Assembly: GCA_045636325.1 (NCBI GenBank)
Contig: JAZTXH010000008.1
Span: forward strand, 63,099-127,098
Length of the DNA stretch: 64,000 bases
Direction: 5' to 3'
Source of the DNA: Clostridia bacterium
Lineage (GTDB): Bacteria > Bacillota > Clostridia > UBA1381 > UMGS1253
Below the pieces are notes generated by a model. The model was not told the origin of the DNA. It saw nothing but the letters and a program-made list of their open reading frames with translations, and did not search any database. The stretch's first letter is position 1. The number at the start of each line of letters is the position of its first letter. The position numbers were made by a program, and so were the translations under genes. This document shows, one piece after another, positions 43,510-51,515 of the stretch.

Positions 43510-43767
43510 TTAGTCTTTGTATAAATGTTCATACTGCCAAGGGTACCAATCAAATCCGCATTTCATACAATGATTTTTTCTTTTTACATCAAAAGAAATT
43601 TGAGTACAACCACAATGAGGGCAAAATATTTGACCTTTTGCTTCTTTCCTAAAATCAGCCGTCTTTTTATACTGTTTTTCCTTGGTTGATTTAGATGTAC
43701 TCATAAAATATAGTATTAAAAAAATTACAATTACCAAAATAATTAAAGCAAACATTTTATTACTCAT
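43510..43767 (-). CDS. small membrane-anchored Zn-ribbon protein
   Basis: N-terminal TM helix, CPHC...CMKC; own promoter TTGACT-17-TATACT at 43849-43821. Confidence 0.75.
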   Translation of the reverse strand: MSNKMFALIILVIVIFLILYFMSTSKSTKEKQYKKTADFRKEAKGQIFCPHCGCTQISFDVKRKNHCMKCGFDWYPWQYEHLYKD

Positions 43768-43908
43768 CTTCCCTTCATTGCTTGTATATTGCTAAAAATA
43801 CTGACTTTTCAAGTATATTTAGTATATCACAAAACTATTAAAAAGTCAATCTATGGCAAAAGAAAAACGGACTATCAAAACTGATAATCCGTAATCCTTG
43901 AAATCGTA

Positions 43909-45084
43909 TTAACTTAATGTATCGGCTATTGTTTTTGCTATTCTTACTTTGGTTTCTGCTAATGTGTGGGCATATACTCTTGATGTAATATCACTTGAAG
44001 AATGACCTAAATGCTTTGATACATTTTCAATATCTTCGCCAGCCACCAAAAGTAATGAAGCATTTGTATGCCTTAATCCGTGTAGTGTTATGTTGTGGTC
44101 ATAATTCAAATAGTTGCTATTCTTCTCAATAAATCTTCTGAATTGAGTGTTTAATAGGCTTCTATCATACCAATGACCAGTACAAGATGTAAATACCATA
44201 TCAGGTTGTTGCCACGCCTTTCCAACAATTTCTTTTTGTTTGTCTTGTTCTTCTTTGTGTTTTTTCAGCATTTCAATTACTTTATTATCAACAGATATGT
44301 TCCTTGTGCTATTTGGTGTTTTGGGTGTTGATAGATACCATTCATTTCCCGCATAGGCAAGAGTTTTATCAATGAAGATACTCTTGTTTTCAAAGTCAAT
44401 GCTTGACCATCTCAAACCTAAACATTCGCCTGCTCGCATTCCAGAGAATAACAACAATTTGATTATGGTGTTAAAAATACTATATTCTTCAACCAATGAT
44501 AACAACAATTTTGCTTCATTTACTGTTAAAAAGTTTTCAATCACGCCATAATCACATTCAACATCTTCTTTCCAGATAGAACCTACAACTGGATTTTCAG
44601 ATATTATCTTTTGTGTTAGGGCATATTTCATAATGCTATGAAAGATAATCTTAAACTTTCTGGCAGTTAAAGGCTTACAATTAAGACCAGTTAAAAATTC
44701 ACTTATACTTGCCGTTGTAATTTCCTTTAACTTCATATTTCCAAAAGTTGGCTTCAAGTGGTTTTTACAACAACTCTTATAATGCTCAATAGTAGTCTTT
44801 TTCAATTTGTTAGGGGCATACTCCCTAAAATACAAATCGCATAAATCGTTGAACTTCATATTGGCATTATATGCCTTGTTGCCCTCTGCTTTCTTGACGA
44901 ACTCTTGATATGCTGCCTTTGCCAGTTTATCGGCTTTGGCTTCACTCACTCCCTCTGGGGGAGTGAATGTAGTATATTTCCTGATATGCTTTCCGTTTCC
45001 GTCATAACCGCAAGAAACATTAAACTCGTATGTATTGCCTGATTTCCTAATTCCTTTATCTATTTTTATGTAATTGTGGTTCAT
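43909..45084 (-). CDS. int: tyrosine integrase
   Basis: Complete catalytic set: SGMRAGE (R), TPKT (K), HGLRH, LGH, RVYAH (Y); N-terminal arm-binding and SAM-like domains. Confidence 0.96.
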   Translation of the reverse strand: MNHNYIKIDKGIRKSGNTYEFNVSCGYDGNGKHIRKYTTFTPPEGVSEAKADKLAKAAYQEFVKKAEGNKAYNANMKFNDLCDLYFREYAPNKLKKTTIEHYKSCCKNHLKPTFGNMKLKEITTASISEFLTGLNCKPLTARKFKIIFHSIMKYALTQKIISENPVVGSIWKEDVECDYGVIENFLTVNEAKLLLSLVEEYSIFNTIIKLLLFSGMRAGECLGLRWSSIDFENKSIFIDKTLAYAGNEWYLSTPKTPNSTRNISVDNKVIEMLKKHKEEQDKQKEIVGKAWQQPDMVFTSCTGHWYDRSLLNTQFRRFIEKNSNYLNYDHNITLHGLRHTNASLLLVAGEDIENVSKHLGHSSSDITSRVYAHTLAETKVRIAKTIADTLS

Positions 45085-45108
45085 AATTTAAAATCCTTTC
45101 TATATGTA

Positions 45109-45288
45109 TTATGCTACACTATGTAGGTAAGCACAGAAATTGTCAAAGTTGATAAATGCCTTTTTGCCAGAATATACGGCGTGAATTTCGCCATTCTTTA
45201 ACATACTTCTAATAGCACTCTCTGGAAGAATACCAGTATTGGCTATTTGTCTGACGGTCATCATCTTGGGTAGTGTCTTATCTGCCAT
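45109..45288 (-). CDS. excisionase-like winged-HTH protein
   Basis: 59 aa, MMTVRQIA...ESAIRSMLKNGEI...GKKAFIN; directly upstream of int; AAGGAG RBS. Confidence 0.8.
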   Translation of the reverse strand: MADKTLPKMMTVRQIANTGILPESAIRSMLKNGEIHAVYSGKKAFINFDNFCAYLHSVA

Positions 45289-45727
45289 TTGAATTGCTCC
45301 TTTCTTTGTAAAGTTCATCAGCATATATAATAGAACATTCTTGATACACGAATTCATAAGTATTTATACTTGTCCTTACAAACCCATGTGGAAAAAGTAA
45401 CGCCGATGCTACAACTCTGTTTTTTTCATCATATAAGTTTAATTTAATAACTATCAATGAATTACTGTTCATTTTCTTTGAATTCATAGATTTTGTCATA
45501 TCATTTAAAAACTCATTGTTTGAAGAAATATCAAACTCGCAATTTAAATGGGTAGGATTAAGATTTACTACCAACAAATCATATTCATTGCCTTTGAAAC
45601 CTGTTTTTCCGCCAGGCAATGCCTGAACAAGTGTTAGTGTCTTTCTATATGAAGAACTATTTATTACTTTACACAATCTCTTTACTTCTGGATTGTCTTT
45701 ATGAGTTATGGTTAAATCCTTTTTCAT
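45278..45727 (-). CDS. hypothetical protein (first gene of xis-int operon)
   Basis: 149-aa ORF with AGGAGG RBS, overlapping the xis start; no recognised motif. Confidence 0.65.
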   Translation of the reverse strand: MKKDLTITHKDNPEVKRLCKVINSSSYRKTLTLVQALPGGKTGFKGNEYDLLVVNLNPTHLNCEFDISSNNEFLNDMTKSMNSKKMNSNSLIVIKLNLYDEKNRVVASALLFPHGFVRTSINTYEFVYQECSIIYADELYKERSNSNGR

Positions 45728-45847
45728 ATGGATTTCCTCCTATTATAATATATATTTATAAGTTAAAGATTTGTTTTGCTAGCAACTAAATCGTTTTGCC
45801 TTACATATATATTCTAACATATTTTTACCCATAAGTCCAGAAATCCA

Positions 45848-45863
45848 TTCCGTATATACGGAA
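45848..45863. promoter_or_regulatory. palindromic operator TTCC-N8-GGAA
   Basis: Perfect palindrome TTCCGTATATACGGAA, 8 bp upstream of the -35 of a minus-strand TGGACT-17-TAGAAT promoter. Confidence 0.7.
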
Positions 45864-45874
45864 GAAATTTGAAA

Positions 45875-46408
45875 TTATTTATTATCTACCAAATAACCAT
45901 AAGATGTAAAAATGCCGTTTCCCTCTAACCGAATATCTCTGCCGTATGCTTCATAATCAAAGTAGCATTTAATATTCTCTGGAATGTTGATACAACATAA
46001 TTCATCAGCATAATAATAACCTAATGCTTCCTCGGTATCTATGCCGTCAAGTAAATCATAGTTTTCCATATCTTCTATGATTTCAATTAACTCCGTTGCC
46101 GATGAACAACTTTCATATTCCAGTATGGCTTCAAGTTTTCGTTCTTCATCTTCTGAAAGCAGTTCCAAACACTCCGCCAGTTCATTCAACTTTTGAATAT
46201 TGGAAAACTCATTAATAACATTGTTAATGCCGATAATATCGCTTTCACTATCTGTTATGAAATACTCCTCATACATTTCGTTAATGCCGATTTCCTCAAG
46301 CACCTTTTCAAGTGCTTCCTTGCTAGCAGGTAGTTTTAACCACCTGCCTTGTAATACTCCTTCGTTGTATCTTCCAAGATTGGTAAGATACACAACCATT
46401 TTTCCCAT
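45875..46408 (-). CDS. ardA: antirestriction protein ArdA
   Basis: VYLTNLGRYNEG...W.KLP, YEEYFITD, YFDYEAYGRD; strongly acidic. Confidence 0.93.
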   Translation of the reverse strand: MGKMVVYLTNLGRYNEGVLQGRWLKLPASKEALEKVLEEIGINEMYEEYFITDSESDIIGINNVINEFSNIQKLNELAECLELLSEDEERKLEAILEYESCSSATELIEIIEDMENYDLLDGIDTEEALGYYYADELCCINIPENIKCYFDYEAYGRDIRLEGNGIFTSYGYLVDNK

Positions 46409-46541
46409 ATCTTTTGTTCCTCTCTTTCTATTTTGTTTTTTCTTATATACTACTGTGAGAAGAACGCCATTATTCAAGTTTTTTCAACAAAATGCCTCTA
46501 TTTCTATTATAACACACCCACACTGTGCGTCAAGAAATCTG

Positions 46542-46557
46542 TTCCGTATATAAGGAA
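46542..46557. promoter_or_regulatory. palindromic operator TTCC-N8-GGAA at ardA promoter
   Basis: TTCCGTATATAAGGAA, 8 bp upstream of a minus-strand TTGACG-16-TATAAT promoter (46533-46506). Confidence 0.7.
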
Positions 46558-46675
46558 GATATTGAAAAATATTAAAATCAACGCCAACCAGACCAATAAC
46601 CTTGTTTCAACATCTTCAAGTTATAGAACACTTATAAATAAAGTATTATATATAAAATGGGAAAGAAAAAATCTC

Positions 46676-46808
46676 GCAAGACCTCACTCCGCAGGTATTA
46701 AAAAAATCATTAAAATAATTTTTTCATACCGCCGAAAGAAAAATGGCTATGCCACCATATTCCCAGAATGTGAATATTTTTTTCGTTTCTTGCTTCGTTC
46801 GGTCTTGC
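46676..46808. other. long imperfect inverted repeat (candidate sso / ssDNA promoter / oriT)
   Basis: GCAAGACC/GGTCTTGC outer arms, GCAGG/CTTGC and AAAAAAAT/ATTTTTTT inner arms. Confidence 0.5.
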
Positions 46809-46832
46809 TGGAAGCTCGAGGGGGTGATTTTC

Positions 46833-47429
46833 TTGGGGAGAAAATCCCATTATATACAAACACCGAACCACAAGGACATTCAATTCTTGAACGCCCTTAG
46901 ATGTTCTGGTGTTTGCTCAAAGGAACAAGCACTCAATTTTATTACGGCTAACCGCCTTAAAAATTTCGTGCTTGATAGGACAATCCAGAAATGCTCCTAC
47001 ATAGATGATAAGGGCAACAGACAAAGCATTTACCGCATATCAGATGACGGCAAAAAGTGGATTGCCCATAATGTGCCGACACTTTCTGACCGAAAGTATT
47101 ATACAAGCACTGGCACAGAGCACGATTTAAGGCTGATGAACAAGATAATATCATTAACATCTGAACAAAGGCTCTCTATGAGATGTGAAGCGGAGATTAG
47201 AGATGACTTCAAGGCACATCTGGACAAACTGTTAGAAGATAAACTATATGACCGACACGAAGAACTATATAATGCTTTAACTAATCATACAGTATCAATG
47301 CCAGACCTTGCCTATGGAACGAATGAGTATTACGAAGTAATCACATCATCATACGGAGAAACGGAGATAAATGCCAAAATTGAAGCCGTTTCTTTGATTG
47401 GGGGCAATCTTGAAATGGAAAGAATTTAA
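46833..47429 (+). CDS. Replic_Relax-like protein (wHTH + PD-(D/E)xK-like domain)
   Basis: YRISDDGKKWI winged-helix end, EHDLRL, MPDLAY...YYEVIT; TTG start after GAGGGGG. Confidence 0.5.
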   Translation: MGRKSHYIQTPNHKDIQFLNALRCSGVCSKEQALNFITANRLKNFVLDRTIQKCSYIDDKGNRQSIYRISDDGKKWIAHNVPTLSDRKYYTSTGTEHDLRLMNKIISLTSEQRLSMRCEAEIRDDFKAHLDKLLEDKLYDRHEELYNALTNHTVSMPDLAYGTNEYYEVITSSYGETEINAKIEAVSLIGGNLEMERI

Positions 47430-47448
47430 TATACAAGGGGGAATAAAA

Positions 47449-48327
47449 ATGGACGGAATAAAAGAAATGTGCCAGAAGAAACTTCTGGCAGATAACGAAA
47501 AAATTATTTATATAATTATTTCAGGGTGTGGGGGTGTGATGTTCCTGAAACACTTTTACAGTATGATAGGAAAAACAGACACCAGACTAATTGAAAGACT
47601 TATAGACAATGGTATTATTAAGGTCAAGCAGATAGGCAGAAACAAGGTTGTTATTGCCAAGCATACCGCCTACTGCTATTTTGGATTATCAACAAAATCG
47701 CCCAGACTAACGAGTAAGCATCTGCTTCACTCTGCCTTGCTCTGCGAAATGCTGATACATACCTATTTTGACAACACCGAGAAAATGGTTAAAATCCTAC
47801 AACAAGGGAACTTCTGCTACTATGCCGTAGAGAATAGCCTTAATTTTCTTAACCGAGTATATTGCTTTATGAACGGCAAGAGTGCCGACACAAGCACATT
47901 GAAATTATATCTGGACGAACTTACCGAGAAAACCGAGTTTCTGAAATCCAGCACCAAAGGGCGAAAAGACACCTTGAAGAAAACCGCCTGCCAGACAACA
48001 GACCTGCTTATTATGAGAAATAATAATGTTTATGTTCGTTATGCCGACTACACCGAGAACACACTCCACATACATCTAGCTATCTTCCTACACCAGAACA
48101 ATGCCGACAAACTGATAAGGAACATAAAAAAATCTCTGGAAGCGGTTTCGGCAATGTTCTACGGCATACCGACCAGAGTTATTATTGATGTGTATTCTCT
48201 TAATGAAAAATCAGAATTCTTACAAAAGAAAGTTTTTAATAGTTTTCCAGACGAAAATATAAGATTTCATTGGTATAATGTAAAAAATCGTCTCTTTTCT
48301 GGAATTGATGTAGAAAAATGGTTATAG
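47449..48327 (+). CDS. hypothetical protein, probable N-terminal wHTH
   Basis: 292-aa ORF with AGGGGG RBS; LIERLIDNGIIKVKQIG wHTH-like segment, LLHSALLCE. Confidence 0.6.
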   Translation: MDGIKEMCQKKLLADNEKIIYIIISGCGGVMFLKHFYSMIGKTDTRLIERLIDNGIIKVKQIGRNKVVIAKHTAYCYFGLSTKSPRLTSKHLLHSALLCEMLIHTYFDNTEKMVKILQQGNFCYYAVENSLNFLNRVYCFMNGKSADTSTLKLYLDELTEKTEFLKSSTKGRKDTLKKTACQTTDLLIMRNNNVYVRYADYTENTLHIHLAIFLHQNNADKLIRNIKKSLEAVSAMFYGIPTRVIIDVYSLNEKSEFLQKKVFNSFPDENIRFHWYNVKNRLFSGIDVEKWL

Positions 48328-48379
48328 TCCGAGTTGCTTCCTTAATATAATATATAAAGGAAAGGACGGCGGATTAGAT

Positions 48380-48493
48380 ATGAAACTGACAAAAGACGAG
48401 ATTGATTTTTTGGAAGAAGTATCAAGAGAGAACTTCCAAAGAGAGTTTGAACAATGGGTTGAGAGTATGGAATTTTATCTGGCAAAAAATTGA
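48380..48493 (+). CDS. small acidic hypothetical protein (37 aa)
   Basis: MKLTKDEIDFLEEVSRENFQREFEQWVESMEFYLAKN; purine-rich upstream region; followed by hairpin+T terminator 48496-48532. Confidence 0.5.
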   Translation: MKLTKDEIDFLEEVSRENFQREFEQWVESMEFYLAKN

Positions 48494-48616
48494 GAAATGG
48501 CTTTATACTGCGGTATAAGGCTATTTTTTTGTTATAAAATGCCTTGAAACGCTTGTGCTATGGCGGTTTCAAAAATCGTCAAACACTTAAAATTTATATA
48601 CCTTTCGTTTTCTCCG

Positions 48617-48626
48617 TATCTTGATA
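48617..48626 (+). other. putative rolling-circle double-strand origin nick site
   Basis: TATCTTGATA matches the pC194/pUB110-family core (CTTG^ATA), ~26 nt upstream of an HUH rep gene. Confidence 0.55.
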
Positions 48627-48652
48627 GAAATATGAGATATGAGAGTGATACA

Positions 48653-49375
48653 ATGAAACGAAAGACTAAAATTATGATGATAACTGTTTCAAGCGGTATT
48701 TTCAGCACCACCAAAGAAGCAGTAAAGGAAGCGAATGCCATTAAAATATGGCTTCAAAGGTTATGCCAGAGAAAAGGCTATTCTTGTAAAGTGGTTATTG
48801 GTGTTAGTGAATATAATCCCAAAGCAGGAACAATGACAGTTTTAAGAACTGGAAAAAGGGGCAGACCGAGAAAGAGATTTGCCAGAACGAACTACTATCT
48901 ACCTAACCACAAGACCGCACCACATATACATATCGTGTTATATGGTAATCCTGCTGATATGCTCTGCTCCTTAATAGCTGACCGATTGAACAATAAATAT
49001 AAGACAAAAGTGGTATGGTTCAACGATTGCCGAGAATATCAAGAAGAAGCATTAACCTATGTATTGAAACAATCCCAGACCATACGAACAGTAGAGATAG
49101 ACGAAAAAGGAATATTAGCCACCGACAAACACGGATTTTACACCGCCGTAGAAAAGGCAAATGCCACCATTCAGGCACAAGGAATTAAATTTACACATCA
49201 GGGAACGCCGACACAACCGAAGAAGCAAGGCAGTAAAAGACATTCCCAAACACATCAAAGAAGAAAAAGACTACAATGTAATATGAATTATATAATATAT
49301 ACCTATCTATTAAGTAAGAGAAAGAATATATATCTGTTAAGAATAGATAAGAAAAGAATATGTATTCCTCCATAA
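48653..49375 (+). CDS. HUH-superfamily rolling-circle Rep/relaxase
   Basis: Motif I MITVS, motif II PHIHIVL, motif III YVLK (YxxK); AT-hook-like KRGRPRK; start uncertain (48632 or 48653). Confidence 0.75.
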   Translation: MKRKTKIMMITVSSGIFSTTKEAVKEANAIKIWLQRLCQRKGYSCKVVIGVSEYNPKAGTMTVLRTGKRGRPRKRFARTNYYLPNHKTAPHIHIVLYGNPADMLCSLIADRLNNKYKTKVVWFNDCREYQEEALTYVLKQSQTIRTVEIDEKGILATDKHGFYTAVEKANATIQAQGIKFTHQGTPTQPKKQGSKRHSQTHQRRKRLQCNMNYIIYTYLLSKRKNIYLLRIDKKRICIPP

Positions 49376-49396
49376 AATAATTAAATATTAAAATAT

Positions 49397-49446
49397 TTCC
49401 TTTTATGCGGAAGAAAATTGACTTTTGGTAAATTATGTGTTATAAT
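49397..49446 (+). promoter_or_regulatory. TTCC-N8-GGAA site plus sigma-A promoter
   Basis: TTCCTTTTATGCGGAA followed by TTGACT-17bp-TATAAT with extended TG. Confidence 0.7.
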
Positions 49447-49477
49447 AAAATAAAAAGCATATAAAGGAGTTGTTTCT

Positions 49478-50317
49478 ATGGCTTTAATTAAATGCCCAGA
49501 ATGTGGTAAAGAAATATCAAACAAGGCTACTACTTGTATTAATTGTGGCTTCCCATTATCAGAGTTAGAAAACACAACAGTTGTTGAAGAAACACCCAGC
49601 ATTGGAAATACACCTAGTAAAGAAGTCATTTATTATGACCTATCACAAATACGAATTAAGACTATTTTTGATAATGGACTTGAAGACGGTGCAACTGGAA
49701 TTTGTAATGAAAACACTATTGAATATGAATATAGAGTGGAAAATGGAAATGTCTATATAACTAGACGCCCAGGTGTTGTTGTTAAACTTATAATTGATGG
49801 AGATTTTCTTGTTTGTGAAAATGGAAAATATGACGGATATATTCCAAACGAAAGCACATTCAATGCTACTTGCTCACACGAAAATTTTATGGGGAATATA
49901 GATAAACATTCATTTAGAGATGACGGAACTTACTCTGGCGTTTCTTTTGGCAAACCAGATAATGGAACTTATAGAAGAGAAGGACAAATAATTGTATTAT
50001 GTGGCAATAGCACTGGAGGTGTTCCAAATGCTAATTTAATACATAATAACGAGTTTTATATAGCATCATACATAAAAGAAGAAAGAGTTGCGAATTTCAA
50101 GGAATTATTCCCTGAAATTGAAAATGGTAAAAAAATATCATATTCAGCACCAATTTCAAGACCGACTACACCTGCTGTAAAATGCCCTTACTGCCAATCT
50201 GAAAACACAAAGAAGATTTCATCAACCGCAAAAGCGGTTAATGTTGCGTTGTTTGGTATTTTTGGAAACAAGAGAAAATATCAATGGCATTGTAATAACT
50301 GTAATTCAGATTTTTAA
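49478..50317 (+). CDS. double Zn-ribbon domain protein
   Basis: MALIKCPECGKEIS...CINCG at the N-terminus; CPYC...hydrophobic stretch...CNNC at the C-terminus. Confidence 0.8.
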   Translation: MALIKCPECGKEISNKATTCINCGFPLSELENTTVVEETPSIGNTPSKEVIYYDLSQIRIKTIFDNGLEDGATGICNENTIEYEYRVENGNVYITRRPGVVVKLIIDGDFLVCENGKYDGYIPNESTFNATCSHENFMGNIDKHSFRDDGTYSGVSFGKPDNGTYRREGQIIVLCGNSTGGVPNANLIHNNEFYIASYIKEERVANFKELFPEIENGKKISYSAPISRPTTPAVKCPYCQSENTKKISSTAKAVNVALFGIFGNKRKYQWHCNNCNSDF

Positions 50318-50360
50318 TCAAAAATATGTTATATTCTGACATTTTCTGCCGTATAATATA

Positions 50361-50536
50361 GAGTAAGGGAAACCTTACACTCTCATATCTATTTTGTTAG
50401 TCTAAACAAAATAACAATGGCAGGAAACAAAATGGTTAAGAAATGTATAATCCCTGCCCCATAGGGCAGGTTAAATACAAATGGTAGGAATATTCAAAAA
50501 CCGTCAGAATGTGTTTTTACATTCTGGCGGTTTTTC
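50361..50536 (+). ncRNA. putative structured small RNA / attenuator leader
   Basis: TATAAT at 50352; hairpins GTAAGG-GAAA-CCTTAC, TATTTTGTT/AACAAAATA, CCTGCCC/GGGCAGG; strong intrinsic terminator 50496-50535. Confidence 0.6.
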
Positions 50537-50553
50537 TATTAAGGCGGTGTATT

Positions 50554-51504
50554 ATGAATAGTTTATTTTCAGTTGATTTATCAAAAATGAATTACAAAGA
50601 GATTGCCGATTGGATTATCAGTTGCCGACAATATGTAGTTCGTGAAAATTTTGATAGAATTGAAGATTATTATATTGAATTAGAAAAGTTCTGTGATGAA
50701 TGGGAAAAACATTCAGAAGCCAATAAAAGTATTTACCAAAGTGAAAAATATAAGAAAGCGATTGTTTATGTTTCATACCGAGATATGATTTCGTTCCATT
50801 TTGATTTCGGTAGTGGAAAAGAAAAAATCAATCCTTTTATTTATAACTTTGAAAATTCTATTTTTGCTTCTAACAAGATAGAAAACGAACTTTCACAACA
50901 GTTTAACAAGTATTATGACAAACTGATTAAGATTTTTGAAGAAGAAAAAGAAGTGGAAGATACAGAAAAGGAAACACATAAAAAATCATACAAGGAAAAA
51001 TTACACGATATTCTTGTGAATGAACGATTTAACACATTAACAATAAGAACAAGGGTATTTGTTAATAACAAGTGGCTTAAATCTGCTTCCTATGATGAAT
51101 TTTTGAAAGAGTGCGACAATCAAAGAAATTATGAGATTGAATTCATAGAAAAAACCACCAAAGGTAATTCCGTTAAGGCTATGGACGAATATGGTATTTC
51201 TTCATCTAATTACAACGAGTTCAGAAGTGAAAACTACTGCGAACAAGAATTTAAGAAGAAGATGTTTGTAAATATTGCTTTTGCTTTATCGTTGCCATAC
51301 ACCCTTGCGGAAAGACTTTTGAACTTCAACGGAAGCACTATGAAATATAGCGATAGAATTTTTGATGTGATTTGTAAAAAGGCATTTTTCATTGGTTTCA
51401 GCAGAAATATGGCAAATGACCTTATAAAAAAGAAAAATCTTGAAATCAAAAACAACTTTGCTTCTTATAAAGAGATACCTAATTTAGATAAAAATAGAAA
51501 ATAG
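50554..51504 (+). CDS. protein with unknown N-terminal domain and C-terminal XRE-like HTH
   Basis: AMDEYGISSSNYNEFRS...KMFVNIAFALSLPYTLAERLLNFNG...FDVIC resembles Firmicutes XRE/HTH modules; AAGGCGG RBS. Confidence 0.6.
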   Translation: MNSLFSVDLSKMNYKEIADWIISCRQYVVRENFDRIEDYYIELEKFCDEWEKHSEANKSIYQSEKYKKAIVYVSYRDMISFHFDFGSGKEKINPFIYNFENSIFASNKIENELSQQFNKYYDKLIKIFEEEKEVEDTEKETHKKSYKEKLHDILVNERFNTLTIRTRVFVNNKWLKSASYDEFLKECDNQRNYEIEFIEKTTKGNSVKAMDEYGISSSNYNEFRSENYCEQEFKKKMFVNIAFALSLPYTLAERLLNFNGSTMKYSDRIFDVICKKAFFIGFSRNMANDLIKKKNLEIKNNFASYKEIPNLDKNRK

Positions 51505-51515
51505 GAGAACTTATT

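Noticed and set aside
46433-46900. 155-aa ORF in the ardA/Replic_Relax intergenic region
   Set aside because: Overlaps the ardA promoter, operator and fold-back; no RBS; low-complexity composition; probably spurious.
50361-50536. Retron msr-msd or canonical type III antitoxin array
   Set aside because: No reverse transcriptase nearby, no clean 35-50 nt tandem repeats, and no recognisable ToxN/CptN/TenpN protein; kept only as an architectural analogy.
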